This document shows, in pieces, positions 9,367 to 17,607 of a stretch of DNA of 64,000 bases (positions are counted from its first letter, which is position 1; every line of letters begins with the position of its first letter). Under the pieces are notes generated by a model that was given only the letters and a program-made list of their open reading frames with translations, searched no databases and had not been told where the DNA came from. The position numbers and the translations under genes were made by a program. Source of the DNA: an uncultured Gammaproteobacteria bacterium (GTDB taxonomy: Bacteria > Pseudomonadota > Gammaproteobacteria > Steroidobacterales > Steroidobacteraceae); contig CAVPQN010000002.1 in NCBI GenBank assembly GCA_963707565.1, positions 401,756-465,755 on the forward strand, in the 5' to 3' direction.

Positions 9367-11175
9367 TTAATGGCAGCTGCGATCAGCATTGCGCTGCTGG
9401 AGCCAGGTCATGAGGGGTTGGTAATAGGCCAGCAGGGCATCGGCCTCAATGCGCGGATTTCCGGTCAGGGCCATCAGTAGTTCCGGGAGGGGCCTGCTAC
9501 CACCTTTCTGCATGGCCTCCTGAAGGCGCGCTCCCGCCGCGGCGTTGCCATAGATGGAGCATTCGTGCAGTGAACCGCGATGGCCGGCGCTCTTGCACAG
9601 GGCCTCATGCAGCTGGAACTGCAGGACGTAGGCCAGGAAATAATCCACATAGGGCGTGTTGCCGGCAACGTGGTACTTCGCACCCGGATCAAAATACGAC
9701 TCGCCGCGCGCTACTGGCGGGGCTACGCGCTGGTATTCGCGGCGCAGGTCCCACCAGGCCTCGTTGTATTTTTCCGCGGGAATGGCACCGGAGAATACGT
9801 CCCAGCGCCACTTGTCCACCACAATGCCGAAGGGCATGAATGCCACATGATCCATGGCCGAGCGCATCTGCCGGTTCACCAGCACCCGTGCCCGCTGCGA
9901 CAACGAGTCGCTGACCTTGGCCAGCCCGAGCCGCGCATAGTGCTGGTCAGTCAGCGACAGTCCGACCATGCCACCCATCGCGCGGCTCAGTACAAAGGAA
10001 GAGCCCTCACGAAACAGGTAGGGCTGGTCGCGGCGCTCCAGGTAGTAATGCAGGCCGGCCATGATTTCGTGGGCCGCAACCAGGCGATCCTCGCGCGGCT
10101 CATAGCAGGCGCTGAGGCGCAGGTCCTGGTCGCCATCCACGTGGTAGGAAGTGGTGGTGCACTTTGCCTCGCGCCCGGTGGGCCGCATGAACATCGACTT
10201 ATCCCAGAAGGAGGTGGGCATGGGTGCCAACCCCAGGGAAACGTAGAAGTCTTCTGCGACCTGCACCAGCCGACGGCCGTCGTAACCCTGCTCGATGAGT
10301 GCAGCAGTGACGTCGTGGTCGAAGATCCCCGGGTAAGGCAGCGTAACGTCATCGATCGCATTCCAGTTCTGGGCCCACATGTTGCCAAACAACTGGGCGG
10401 GCACCGGTTCCTTGTCTGCCACAAGCTTGCGGCCATAGACTTGCTGCAGCTCGCCGCCAACATAACAATGCATCGCCAAGTAAAGCGGCTCGATCTGGCC
10501 CCACAGTCGATCGACTTCGCGGCGCAGATCCTCGGGATCCATGTCATGGTTCGAGCGCCACAGCTCGCCAAGATCATCGAAGCCTGCATCCCTTGCGCCC
10601 TGGTTGGCCAGGGTAACGAAGCGCTGGTAGTCGCTGCGCATGGGTATGGCGAGGTCGTGCCAGTCAATCCAGGTGCGCTGCAGCCTGGCCGGATCTCGGC
10701 TGCTGCGCAGCTCGCGAGCCAGGTCGGAATAGTCGCGGCATGAACCATCAGGGGCGCAAGCTTTCGCCGTGTTGTAGGCGCCATCCATCTTGACCTGCAG
10801 CATCGCAAGTTCCACTGCCTGCCCGGGGTCTGCAGGCGGGGACGCGTCGAGGCCGATGGCGAGCAGGCGCAGTGCACGCGCGCTGTCCTCGGACATGGGT
10901 TGACCTTGCAGAGCGCGGGCCTGTCCCTGTGCTTCCCGCAGAAAGTCAGAGAAGGCCGTTTCGGCAGCAGATGAAGCTGCGGAATGGGCCTCCGTGACAT
11001 CGGTCGCCAAAGCAAATGTCGCCTCCATGCGCGCCCGGTTCAGCACCTCCAGCTGTTCATTAATTCCAGCGATGATTTCATCAGCGTCGGGGGGGGCGGG
11101 TTCACCGCAGCTGGCCAAGAGCGCGACAGCCGCGCAAACGAGAATGCAGCGTGCGTGAGTCTTCCAGGAAGTCAT
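9367..11175 (-). CDS. M2-family (ACE-like) lipoprotein, copy 2, degenerate zinc site
   Basis: 602 aa with lipobox LASC. Collinear with copies 1 and 3, sharing the C-terminal block FDPGAKYHVAGNTPYVDYFLAYVLQFQLHEALC. HEXXH is replaced by HEIMAGLH (10048..10071) and HEAxGD by SRAMGG. Confidence 0.85.
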   Translation of the reverse strand: MTSWKTHARCILVCAAVALLASCGEPAPPDADEIIAGINEQLEVLNRARMEATFALATDVTEAHSAASSAAETAFSDFLREAQGQARALQGQPMSEDSARALRLLAIGLDASPPADPGQAVELAMLQVKMDGAYNTAKACAPDGSCRDYSDLARELRSSRDPARLQRTWIDWHDLAIPMRSDYQRFVTLANQGARDAGFDDLGELWRSNHDMDPEDLRREVDRLWGQIEPLYLAMHCYVGGELQQVYGRKLVADKEPVPAQLFGNMWAQNWNAIDDVTLPYPGIFDHDVTAALIEQGYDGRRLVQVAEDFYVSLGLAPMPTSFWDKSMFMRPTGREAKCTTTSYHVDGDQDLRLSACYEPREDRLVAAHEIMAGLHYYLERRDQPYLFREGSSFVLSRAMGGMVGLSLTDQHYARLGLAKVSDSLSQRARVLVNRQMRSAMDHVAFMPFGIVVDKWRWDVFSGAIPAEKYNEAWWDLRREYQRVAPPVARGESYFDPGAKYHVAGNTPYVDYFLAYVLQFQLHEALCKSAGHRGSLHECSIYGNAAAGARLQEAMQKGGSRPLPELLMALTGNPRIEADALLAYYQPLMTWLQQRNADRSCH

Positions 11176-11187
11176 CTTGCCTCCGCG

Positions 11188-13038
11188 CTACCAGCCGCAG
11201 TCGCGCCCGGCATTCTTGGTGTCGAGCCAGATCTTGAGCGGGCGGAAGTAGTCAATGATGGCGCTGGCGTCGGGTTCGCGGGAACCGGTCAGGGCCTCAA
11301 GCGAATCCTGCCAGGGACGACTGGCGCCCAATTTCATCATTTCCGCCAGGCGCCGGCCGGCTTCCTTGTTGCCGGCGATGGAACACTCATGCAGCGGCCC
11401 GCTGTGGCCAGCAGCAGTGCACAGCGCCCGGTGAAACTGGAACTGCAGCACAAAGGACAAGAAGTAGTCGGTATAGGGCACGTTACCCGGAATGTGGTAC
11501 TTGGCACCTGGGTCAAAATCTGCCTCGGATCGCGCAACAGGCGCCACCATGCCCTGGTACTTACGCCTCAAATCCCACCAGGCCTGGTTATATTTCTCCG
11601 GCGGGATCTCTCCCGAGTAGACACTCCAGCGCCATTCATCCACCAGCTGCCCGAAGGGCAGGAAGGCAATTGTCTCGACAGCGAAGCGCATTTGGCGGTT
11701 GAGCACCATGCGTCCACGCATGCCCAGCGCGGCGTCGTTCTTGCCAAGGCCGGCGGCGGCAAGGTAGCCATCAGTGACCGACAACCTGGCCGTACCGCCC
11801 ACGGCATCGGTCAGCGCGGGCAGGCTGCGCTCACGGAAAAGCCAGGGTTGGTCACGGTAGCCGAGGAAGAAATACATGTGCCCGATCATCTGGTGCAGGG
11901 TATTGAAGTCTTGCTCCGTGGGTTCGGCGCACAGGTTCAGGCGCACGTCCATGTCGCCATCAACATGCGAAGAGGTGGCGTGGCACATCACTGCGCGGCC
12001 GGCCGGCCGCTCCAGCATGGAGTTCTGCCAGAAGGACTGCGGCAGCGGATCGAAACCCAGCGAGGTATAAAAGCTCTCGGCGGTACGGGTCATGCGCGCG
12101 GCGTCGTAGCCCTGCTCCAGCAGCGCGCCAGTGATGTCCTGGCTGACGATGCCGGGATAGGGCTCCAGCATGTCAATGGCGTTGTTCCACTGCTGCGCCC
12201 ACATGTTGCCGAACAAGTGGGCCGGGATGGGCTGCCCGTCGGGAACGCGGCGCGTGCCGTACTTTTCCTGCAACTCGCTGCGCGCATGGCAGTGCAGCGC
12301 CTGGTACAAAGGCTTGACCTGCTCCCAGAGCCCACGGGTTTGTTCACGAAACTCACCCGGCTCCATGTCATAGCGCGAGCGCCAGAGCTCGCCAAGGTCA
12401 GCAAACCCCAGTTCCTGGGCACCGGCGTTGCCGAGTTCGACAAAACGCCGGAAATCCTTGCGCAGTGGTCGCGCCTGGTCGTGCCAGCCGGCCCAGGCGG
12501 CCAGCTGCGCGTCGTAATCGCGGCTGTTCGCCAGGACGCCATCGAGCTGCTCGAGGTTCTGGCAGCTCTCGGGTCCAGCCGGACAATGCTTGCCGGTGGC
12601 ATAGGCGGAACTCATGCGCGCCAGCAGCGTGGCCAACTCTTCTCGTTTCGCCGGGTCAGAGGGCGCCGGCGCATCGCTGGACAGGCGCAACAATTGCAGT
12701 ACGCGCGCGCTTTCGGGCGACATGGGCAGGCCGGCGTACTGTCGTGCCTCGGCGCTGGCGCGCGAACCCAGCTCCAGGAAGCGCGCCTCGGCCTTTGCCG
12801 CGGCCACCTCATTTTCCGGTGACATGTTGGTTTCAAAGGCGAAATTGGCCGCATTGAAGGCCGCGCCGGTTTCCTCGAATTCCGCGCTGATACGCGCGAC
12901 GAATTCGTCCGCCGTTTCAGGGCGGCTATCGTCTCCCTTGCCGCAGCCGGCCAACAGCAGCGCAGCAAACACCGCCACCCAGGGCAGGGAGTTGTGAGGA
13001 TTCCTCAAGCCGCTCGCGCGGCGCTGGGTGCTTGTCAT
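11188..13038 (-). CDS. M2-family (ACE-like) lipoprotein, copy 3, degenerate zinc site
   Basis: 616 aa from the ATG at 13038 (MTSTQRR..., lipobox LAGC). The longer track ORF to 13437 would overlap the POT gene. HEXXH is replaced by HQMIGH (11878..11895) and HEAxGD by TDAVGG. Confidence 0.85.
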   Translation of the reverse strand: MTSTQRRASGLRNPHNSLPWVAVFAALLLAGCGKGDDSRPETADEFVARISAEFEETGAAFNAANFAFETNMSPENEVAAAKAEARFLELGSRASAEARQYAGLPMSPESARVLQLLRLSSDAPAPSDPAKREELATLLARMSSAYATGKHCPAGPESCQNLEQLDGVLANSRDYDAQLAAWAGWHDQARPLRKDFRRFVELGNAGAQELGFADLGELWRSRYDMEPGEFREQTRGLWEQVKPLYQALHCHARSELQEKYGTRRVPDGQPIPAHLFGNMWAQQWNNAIDMLEPYPGIVSQDITGALLEQGYDAARMTRTAESFYTSLGFDPLPQSFWQNSMLERPAGRAVMCHATSSHVDGDMDVRLNLCAEPTEQDFNTLHQMIGHMYFFLGYRDQPWLFRERSLPALTDAVGGTARLSVTDGYLAAAGLGKNDAALGMRGRMVLNRQMRFAVETIAFLPFGQLVDEWRWSVYSGEIPPEKYNQAWWDLRRKYQGMVAPVARSEADFDPGAKYHIPGNVPYTDYFLSFVLQFQFHRALCTAAGHSGPLHECSIAGNKEAGRRLAEMMKLGASRPWQDSLEALTGSREPDASAIIDYFRPLKIWLDTKNAGRDCGW

Positions 13039-13040
13039 TT

Positions 13041-14555
13041 TCAGGCCGAGGGCGTCGTGCGATGCGGCGTCAAATCCTTTTGTGGCCCCTCGGCGCCGTG
13101 CATCCATTGCACAATCCGGCCAGAAATCGCCCATAGCAGGATGGAGAAGAACAGCAACACCAGGGCGATGCCGGCGAAGATGCCCAGCAGTCCGGCGTGC
13201 TCGGGGCGCACGCCGGCGTCGGCGGCGATCTGCAGCATCCACGGGTACTCGCCCATGTTTTCCGAGAAGGCGCCGATGTAACCGGCCAGCGTATTGGCGA
13301 AGAAGTTGATCAGGAACCAGACTCCCATCATCAGCGAGCCCAGTCGCAGCGGCGCCAGCTTGGTGACCATCGACAGGCCGACCGGGCTGATGCACAACTC
13401 GCCCAGGGTGTGGAACAGGTAACCCAGCACCAACCACAACATGCCGGCCTTCATGTCGAGCGTGCGCTGCATCTCAAACACCGCAACGACCAGGAAGGCA
13501 AAGCCAACCGTGACCAGTAACAGGCCGATGTACATCTTCACCGGCGTGGGCGGGTTGGCGCCACGCTCACCGAGGCGACCCCACAACATGGACATCACTG
13601 GTGCCAGCAGCACGATGAACAGCGGGTTGAGTGACTGGAACCAGCCGGTCGGCACCGTGAAGGTGCCCACAGAGCGGTCGGTGTACTTGTCGGCAAACAG
13701 GTTCAGCAAGCCACCGGCTTGCTCAAAGGCGGCCCAGAACATCATCACGAATACGAAGATGACGAAGATCACCTTGAGGCGATCGGCCTCAATCTTGGTC
13801 AGCGGCTCCTTCTTGCCACCGGCAAGGCGATGCGAACGCTTGGCGGCGGGCTCAATGCCCACATCGCCGATATAGCGCTGGGCAAAGGCCAGCTGGATGA
13901 TGACTGACAAGGTCATGCCGATGCCGGCAGCGAAAAAGCCAACGCGCCAGCCGTAGGCCGGGTCCTCGCCCAGCGTGGAGCACACCAGCGGTGCCAGGAA
14001 GGCGCCGAGGTTGATGCCCATGTAGAAGATGGTGAAGGCGCCGTCGCGTCGCGCATCGCCGGCCGGGTACAGGTCGCCGACCATGGTCGAAATGTTTGGC
14101 TTGAAGAAGCCGTTGCCCAGGATCAGCAGGAACAAGCCCAGGTAGAAGCTGACTGCAGTTTCCGGAAAGGAAAGGCCCAGCGAACTCACCGAGACAGCGG
14201 CCGTGGTGCCCAGGCTGTCGAGCGGCGCGGCCAGGGCAAACTGGCCCAGGGCCATGAGGATGCCGCCGAGGACTACCGACTTGCGCTGGCCCAGGTAGTT
14301 ATCCGCCAGCCAGCCGCCGAACAGCGGCGTCAGGTACACCAGTCCCGTGTACCAGGCATACATCTTCAGCGCCTGCGTACTGTCCCAACCGAGCCCCGGA
14401 TTCACGGCGTTGGTGGCGGCGACGGCGTAGAGCACCAGCAGCGCACGCATGCCGTAGTAACTGAAGCGTTCCCACATCTCGGTGGTGAACAACAAAAACA
14501 GGCCGCGGGGATGCCCGAGGAAGGTGCCGGACGGAATGCGCAAGTCAGTGGTCAT
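13041..14555 (-). CDS. POT/PTR2-family di-/tripeptide:proton symporter
   Basis: PTR2 signature FTTEMWERFSYYGMRALL, and about 14 TM helices. Start at ATG 14555; a GTG at 14591 is also possible. Confidence 0.9.
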   Translation of the reverse strand: MTTDLRIPSGTFLGHPRGLFLLFTTEMWERFSYYGMRALLVLYAVAATNAVNPGLGWDSTQALKMYAWYTGLVYLTPLFGGWLADNYLGQRKSVVLGGILMALGQFALAAPLDSLGTTAAVSVSSLGLSFPETAVSFYLGLFLLILGNGFFKPNISTMVGDLYPAGDARRDGAFTIFYMGINLGAFLAPLVCSTLGEDPAYGWRVGFFAAGIGMTLSVIIQLAFAQRYIGDVGIEPAAKRSHRLAGGKKEPLTKIEADRLKVIFVIFVFVMMFWAAFEQAGGLLNLFADKYTDRSVGTFTVPTGWFQSLNPLFIVLLAPVMSMLWGRLGERGANPPTPVKMYIGLLLVTVGFAFLVVAVFEMQRTLDMKAGMLWLVLGYLFHTLGELCISPVGLSMVTKLAPLRLGSLMMGVWFLINFFANTLAGYIGAFSENMGEYPWMLQIAADAGVRPEHAGLLGIFAGIALVLLFFSILLWAISGRIVQWMHGAEGPQKDLTPHRTTPSA

Positions 14556-14643
14556 CAGGGATTTTCTTATGCTGCTTGGCGTGCGCCCCACGCCGGAGTC
14601 CGCCGAGTCTCGGTGATTTTGCGGTGCAACAGCAAGCGTCTTT

Positions 14644-15405
14644 CTACTCAGTCTCCACGGGTCGTCTTACCAGCACCCGTGCGAACAGGATGCCGATCTC
14701 GTAGAGCAGGTACATGGGCACGGCCATCATGGTCTGGGACACTGGGTCCGGCGGCGTGAGGAAGGCCGCGACGATGAATATTCCCAGCAGGATATAGCCG
14801 CGATTGCGGCGCAGCGTTTCGATCTTCACCAGTCCGGTACGCACCAGCAGCACGGTGGCAATCGGGATCTCGAAGGCCAGGCCAAAGGCAAAGAACAGCA
14901 GCACCACGAAATCGAGGTACTGGCTCATGTCGGTCATCATCTGCACACCGGCCCAGGCGGCGGCGGCGACAAAGAAGTTGAAGATCACCGGGAACACGAT
15001 GAAGTAGGCAAATGCTGCGCCGGCGTAGAACAGGATCACGCTGCTGGCGAACAGCGGCAGCGCAAAGCGGCGCTCATGCTTGTACAGGCCGGGCGCAACG
15101 AAGGACCAGACCTGGTAGAGGATGAAGGGCATGGCCAGGAAGATGGCCGCCAGCAGCGCCAGCTTGAACGGGGTCATGAAAGGCGCGACCACGCTGGTGG
15201 CGATGAGGCTGGTGCCGGCGGGCATCAGTTCACGCAGCGGCGCCGAGATCCATAGAAATAGCTCGCTGGCGAACCATAGGCAGGGGATGGCCATCACCCC
15301 GACCGCGATGACCATGCGCAGCAAGCGGTCGCGCAATTCCAGCAAGTGGGAGATCAGCGAGCCCTCGGCCAGCGTATTCCCGCCCTCGGGAGGGCTCTCG
15401 CTCAT
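14644..15405 (-). CDS. tatC: Twin-arginine translocase subunit TatC
   Basis: 253 aa with six TM helices. Conserved LISHLLELRDRLL N-terminal block. Follows tatA-tatB. Confidence 0.95.
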   Translation of the reverse strand: MSESPPEGGNTLAEGSLISHLLELRDRLLRMVIAVGVMAIPCLWFASELFLWISAPLRELMPAGTSLIATSVVAPFMTPFKLALLAAIFLAMPFILYQVWSFVAPGLYKHERRFALPLFASSVILFYAGAAFAYFIVFPVIFNFFVAAAAWAGVQMMTDMSQYLDFVVLLFFAFGLAFEIPIATVLLVRTGLVKIETLRRNRGYILLGIFIVAAFLTPPDPVSQTMMAVPMYLLYEIGILFARVLVRRPVETE

Positions 15406-15692
15406 GCCGCGTTCGGGCCTCCGGGCCCGGGCTTTTCTGCTGTGTCTGGCGTCGCGGGATCAGCCGCAGATGGTGGTGCAGGTGAAGGCGGCGCGGAAGG
15501 GTCAACCGAGAAGCCGCTCTGTGCGGAGGACACCTCGTCGTCCAACTGGGCGCGCAGCTGGCGCGCCATGGCGCGGGCACGGCCCAGCCAGCGTCCGACC
15601 TGGGAAGCGAGCTTGGGCAGCTTTTCCGGGCCCAGCACCAGGAGCGCGATGCCGAGGATCAGGATGATCTCGGTGAAACCGACTTCGAACAT
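15402..15692 (-). CDS. tatB: Twin-arginine translocase subunit TatB
   Basis: MFEVGFTEIILILGIALLVLGPEKLP N-terminus. Overlaps the tatC start by 4 nt. Confidence 0.9.
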   Translation of the reverse strand: MFEVGFTEIILILGIALLVLGPEKLPKLASQVGRWLGRARAMARQLRAQLDDEVSSAQSGFSVDPSAPPSPAPPSAADPATPDTAEKPGPGGPNAA

Positions 15693-15697
15693 CGGCT

Positions 15698-15934
15698 TCA
15701 GGATTTCCTGGTGGTGTCAGCGTCCTTGCGCTGTTCGCTGTCGAAACTGGCGTCCGGGCGTGAATCCTGCGCAATCTGCTTGCCAGACTCCTCGCCGTCG
15801 CCGTCATTCATGGACTTCTTGAAGCCCTTGACCGCAGCGCCCAGGTCCGAGCCGATGTTGCGAAGCTTCTTGGCGCCGAAGATCAGCAGCGCGATGGCCA
15901 GGATGATCAGCAGTTCTCTGAAACCAATACCCAT
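15698..15934 (-). CDS. tatA: Twin-arginine translocase subunit TatA
   Basis: [24 protein letters not shown]. The ATG at 15934 is preceded by GGGAG at 8-nt spacing. Confidence 0.9.
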   Translation of the reverse strand: MGIGFRELLIILAIALLIFGAKKLRNIGSDLGAAVKGFKKSMNDGDGEESGKQIAQDSRPDASFDSEQRKDADTTRKS

Positions 15935-15991
15935 GTTGATGACTCCCACCCGGGTTATGCACGGGCCGACAGATGATACTCCAAGCGGAGC

Positions 15992-16444
15992 TCAGCTCTT
16001 GTGAGGCGGTACTCGCAATGACAGGGTGACAGGCCCGTCATTGACCAGTGAAACGGCCATGTGGGCGCCAAATTGCCCACTGGCCACCCCCGGCAGGCGC
16101 CGGCGCAGGCAGCCTAGCAGCTGCTCAAACAGGGCCTCGCCGTGGGCGGGTTCTGCCGCCGTGCTGAATCCGGGGCGCGAGCCCTTGTGCGTATCTGCCG
16201 CCAGGGTGAACTGTGGCACCAGCAGCATTTCACCGCCGGTGTCGAGCAAGGACAGGTTCATCTTTCCCTGCTCGTCAGCGAACACCCGGTAACCGAGCAG
16301 CCGCTCGGCCAGTCGCTCGGCGCCGGCCCCATCGTCGCCACGCTCCACGCCCACCAGCACCAGCAGGCCCGGACCGATGCGGGCGATGATTGCGCCGTCC
16401 ACTTCAACGGATGCGTTGAGCACTCTTTGTAACAGGCCAATCAT
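15992..16444 (-). CDS. dtd: D-aminoacyl-tRNA deacylase
   Basis: 150 aa, with MIGLLQRV... N-terminus and C-terminal NDGPVTL block. Confidence 0.9.
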   Translation of the reverse strand: MIGLLQRVLNASVEVDGAIIARIGPGLLVLVGVERGDDGAGAERLAERLLGYRVFADEQGKMNLSLLDTGGEMLLVPQFTLAADTHKGSRPGFSTAAEPAHGEALFEQLLGCLRRRLPGVASGQFGAHMAVSLVNDGPVTLSLRVPPHKS

Positions 16445-16503
16445 GCGGCGCTATTGAACCACAGCCGCGCGTGCCGTAGCTTCCGGCGCAGGGGGAACCA
16501 ACC

Positions 16504-17595
16504 ATGCAACGTCGGGATGTCATTCGTGGCCTGGGTCTGGGCGCAGCGGCGGCAGCCACTGCGGCCTGTAGCGGAAAGATTGCGGATAGCGCCGCCGGGC
16601 AGGAGGGGCGCACTTTCGAGTGGCGCCTGGTCACCACCTGGCCACCGAACTTTCCGGGACTCGGCACCGGCGCCAATGACTTCGCCAGGCGCATCGAGGC
16701 CTGCAGCGGTGGGCGGCTGAAGATCAAGGTCTACGGCGACAACGAACTGGTGCCGGCCTTCGAGATCTTTGATGCGGTATCGCGTGGCACGGCGCAGATG
16801 GGCCATGGCGCCGCTTACTACTGGAAGGGAAAGGTCGAGGCCTCGTCTTTCTTCTCCGCTATTCCCTTCGGCTTTTCCGCGCAGGAAATGAATGCCTGGC
16901 TTTATCACGGTGGCGGGCTGGAGTTATGGCAGGAGGCCTACGCACCGTTCGGGCTGCGGCCGCGGCCCTGCGGTAACAGCGGCACGCAGATGGGTGGCTG
17001 GTTCCGCCGCGAGATCCATTCGCTGGCCGACATCAAGGGGCTGAAGATGCGCATCCCGGGGCTCGGTGGCGAAGTCGTCGCGCGCGCGGGTGGCGTGGCC
17101 GTCACCATGCCCGGATCCGAAATCTTCACCGCCCTGCAGACCGGCGCCATTGATGCGACGGAGTGGATCGGGCCGTACAACGACCTGGCCTTCGGCCTGT
17201 ACAAGGCCGCACCCTTCTACTACTACCCGGGCTGGCAGGAGCCAGGCTCAACGCTTGAGCTGTTGATCAACCAGGCCGCATTCGATGAGTTGCCGCCAGA
17301 CCTGCAGGCGATCGTGGATGCCTGCGCCGCCGCCACCAACGACCTGATGCTGGCCGAGACCAATGCGCGCAGCGCCGATGCCCTGCGCTCACTGGTCGAG
17401 GATCATGGCGTGAAACTGCGCCCCTTCCCGGACGACGTGCTGGCGGAATTTCGGCGCCTGTCCGCGGAAATCCTCGAGGAAAAAGCCAAGCGCGACCCGC
17501 TGTTTGCCCGCACGCTGGCCTCTTTCCGTGATTTCGAGCGGCGCATCCGCCCCTACATCAAGGTCGCCGAGCAGGCCTACCTTGAACGGCGCTAG
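16504..17595 (+). CDS. TRAP transporter substrate-binding protein (DctP-type, COG4663-like), Tat signal
   Basis: Twin-arginine signal MQRRDVIRGLGLGAAAAATAACS. DctP-family blocks WRLVTTWP, ELVPAFEIFDAVSRG, ATEWIGPYND. Confidence 0.85.
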   Translation: MQRRDVIRGLGLGAAAAATAACSGKIADSAAGQEGRTFEWRLVTTWPPNFPGLGTGANDFARRIEACSGGRLKIKVYGDNELVPAFEIFDAVSRGTAQMGHGAAYYWKGKVEASSFFSAIPFGFSAQEMNAWLYHGGGLELWQEAYAPFGLRPRPCGNSGTQMGGWFRREIHSLADIKGLKMRIPGLGGEVVARAGGVAVTMPGSEIFTALQTGAIDATEWIGPYNDLAFGLYKAAPFYYYPGWQEPGSTLELLINQAAFDELPPDLQAIVDACAAATNDLMLAETNARSADALRSLVEDHGVKLRPFPDDVLAEFRRLSAEILEEKAKRDPLFARTLASFRDFERRIRPYIKVAEQAYLERR

Positions 17596-17607
17596 GCGCC
17601 TGCGCGC

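Noticed and set aside
9580-12822. Plus-strand ORFs of 387 aa (9580..10743) and 612 aa (10984..12822), and the 342-aa minus-strand off-frame ORF (9987..11015)
   Set aside because: They overlap M2 paralogues 2 and 3 in antisense or alternative frames. No motifs are present, and the real frames are defined by three-way paralogue alignment.
13039-13437. N-terminal extension of the M2 copy 3 ORF (749 aa in the track). Similar long 5' extensions occur for dctM (to 19185), ctaA (to 34676), bioB (to 46024), bioF (to 44855), gmk (to 54150) and the EEP gene (to 26563).
   Set aside because: The extensions overlap the 3' ends of the upstream genes and encode Arg/Pro-rich sequence. Internal ATG/GTG starts give proper signal peptides or family-typical N-termini, and they abut the upstream stop codons.
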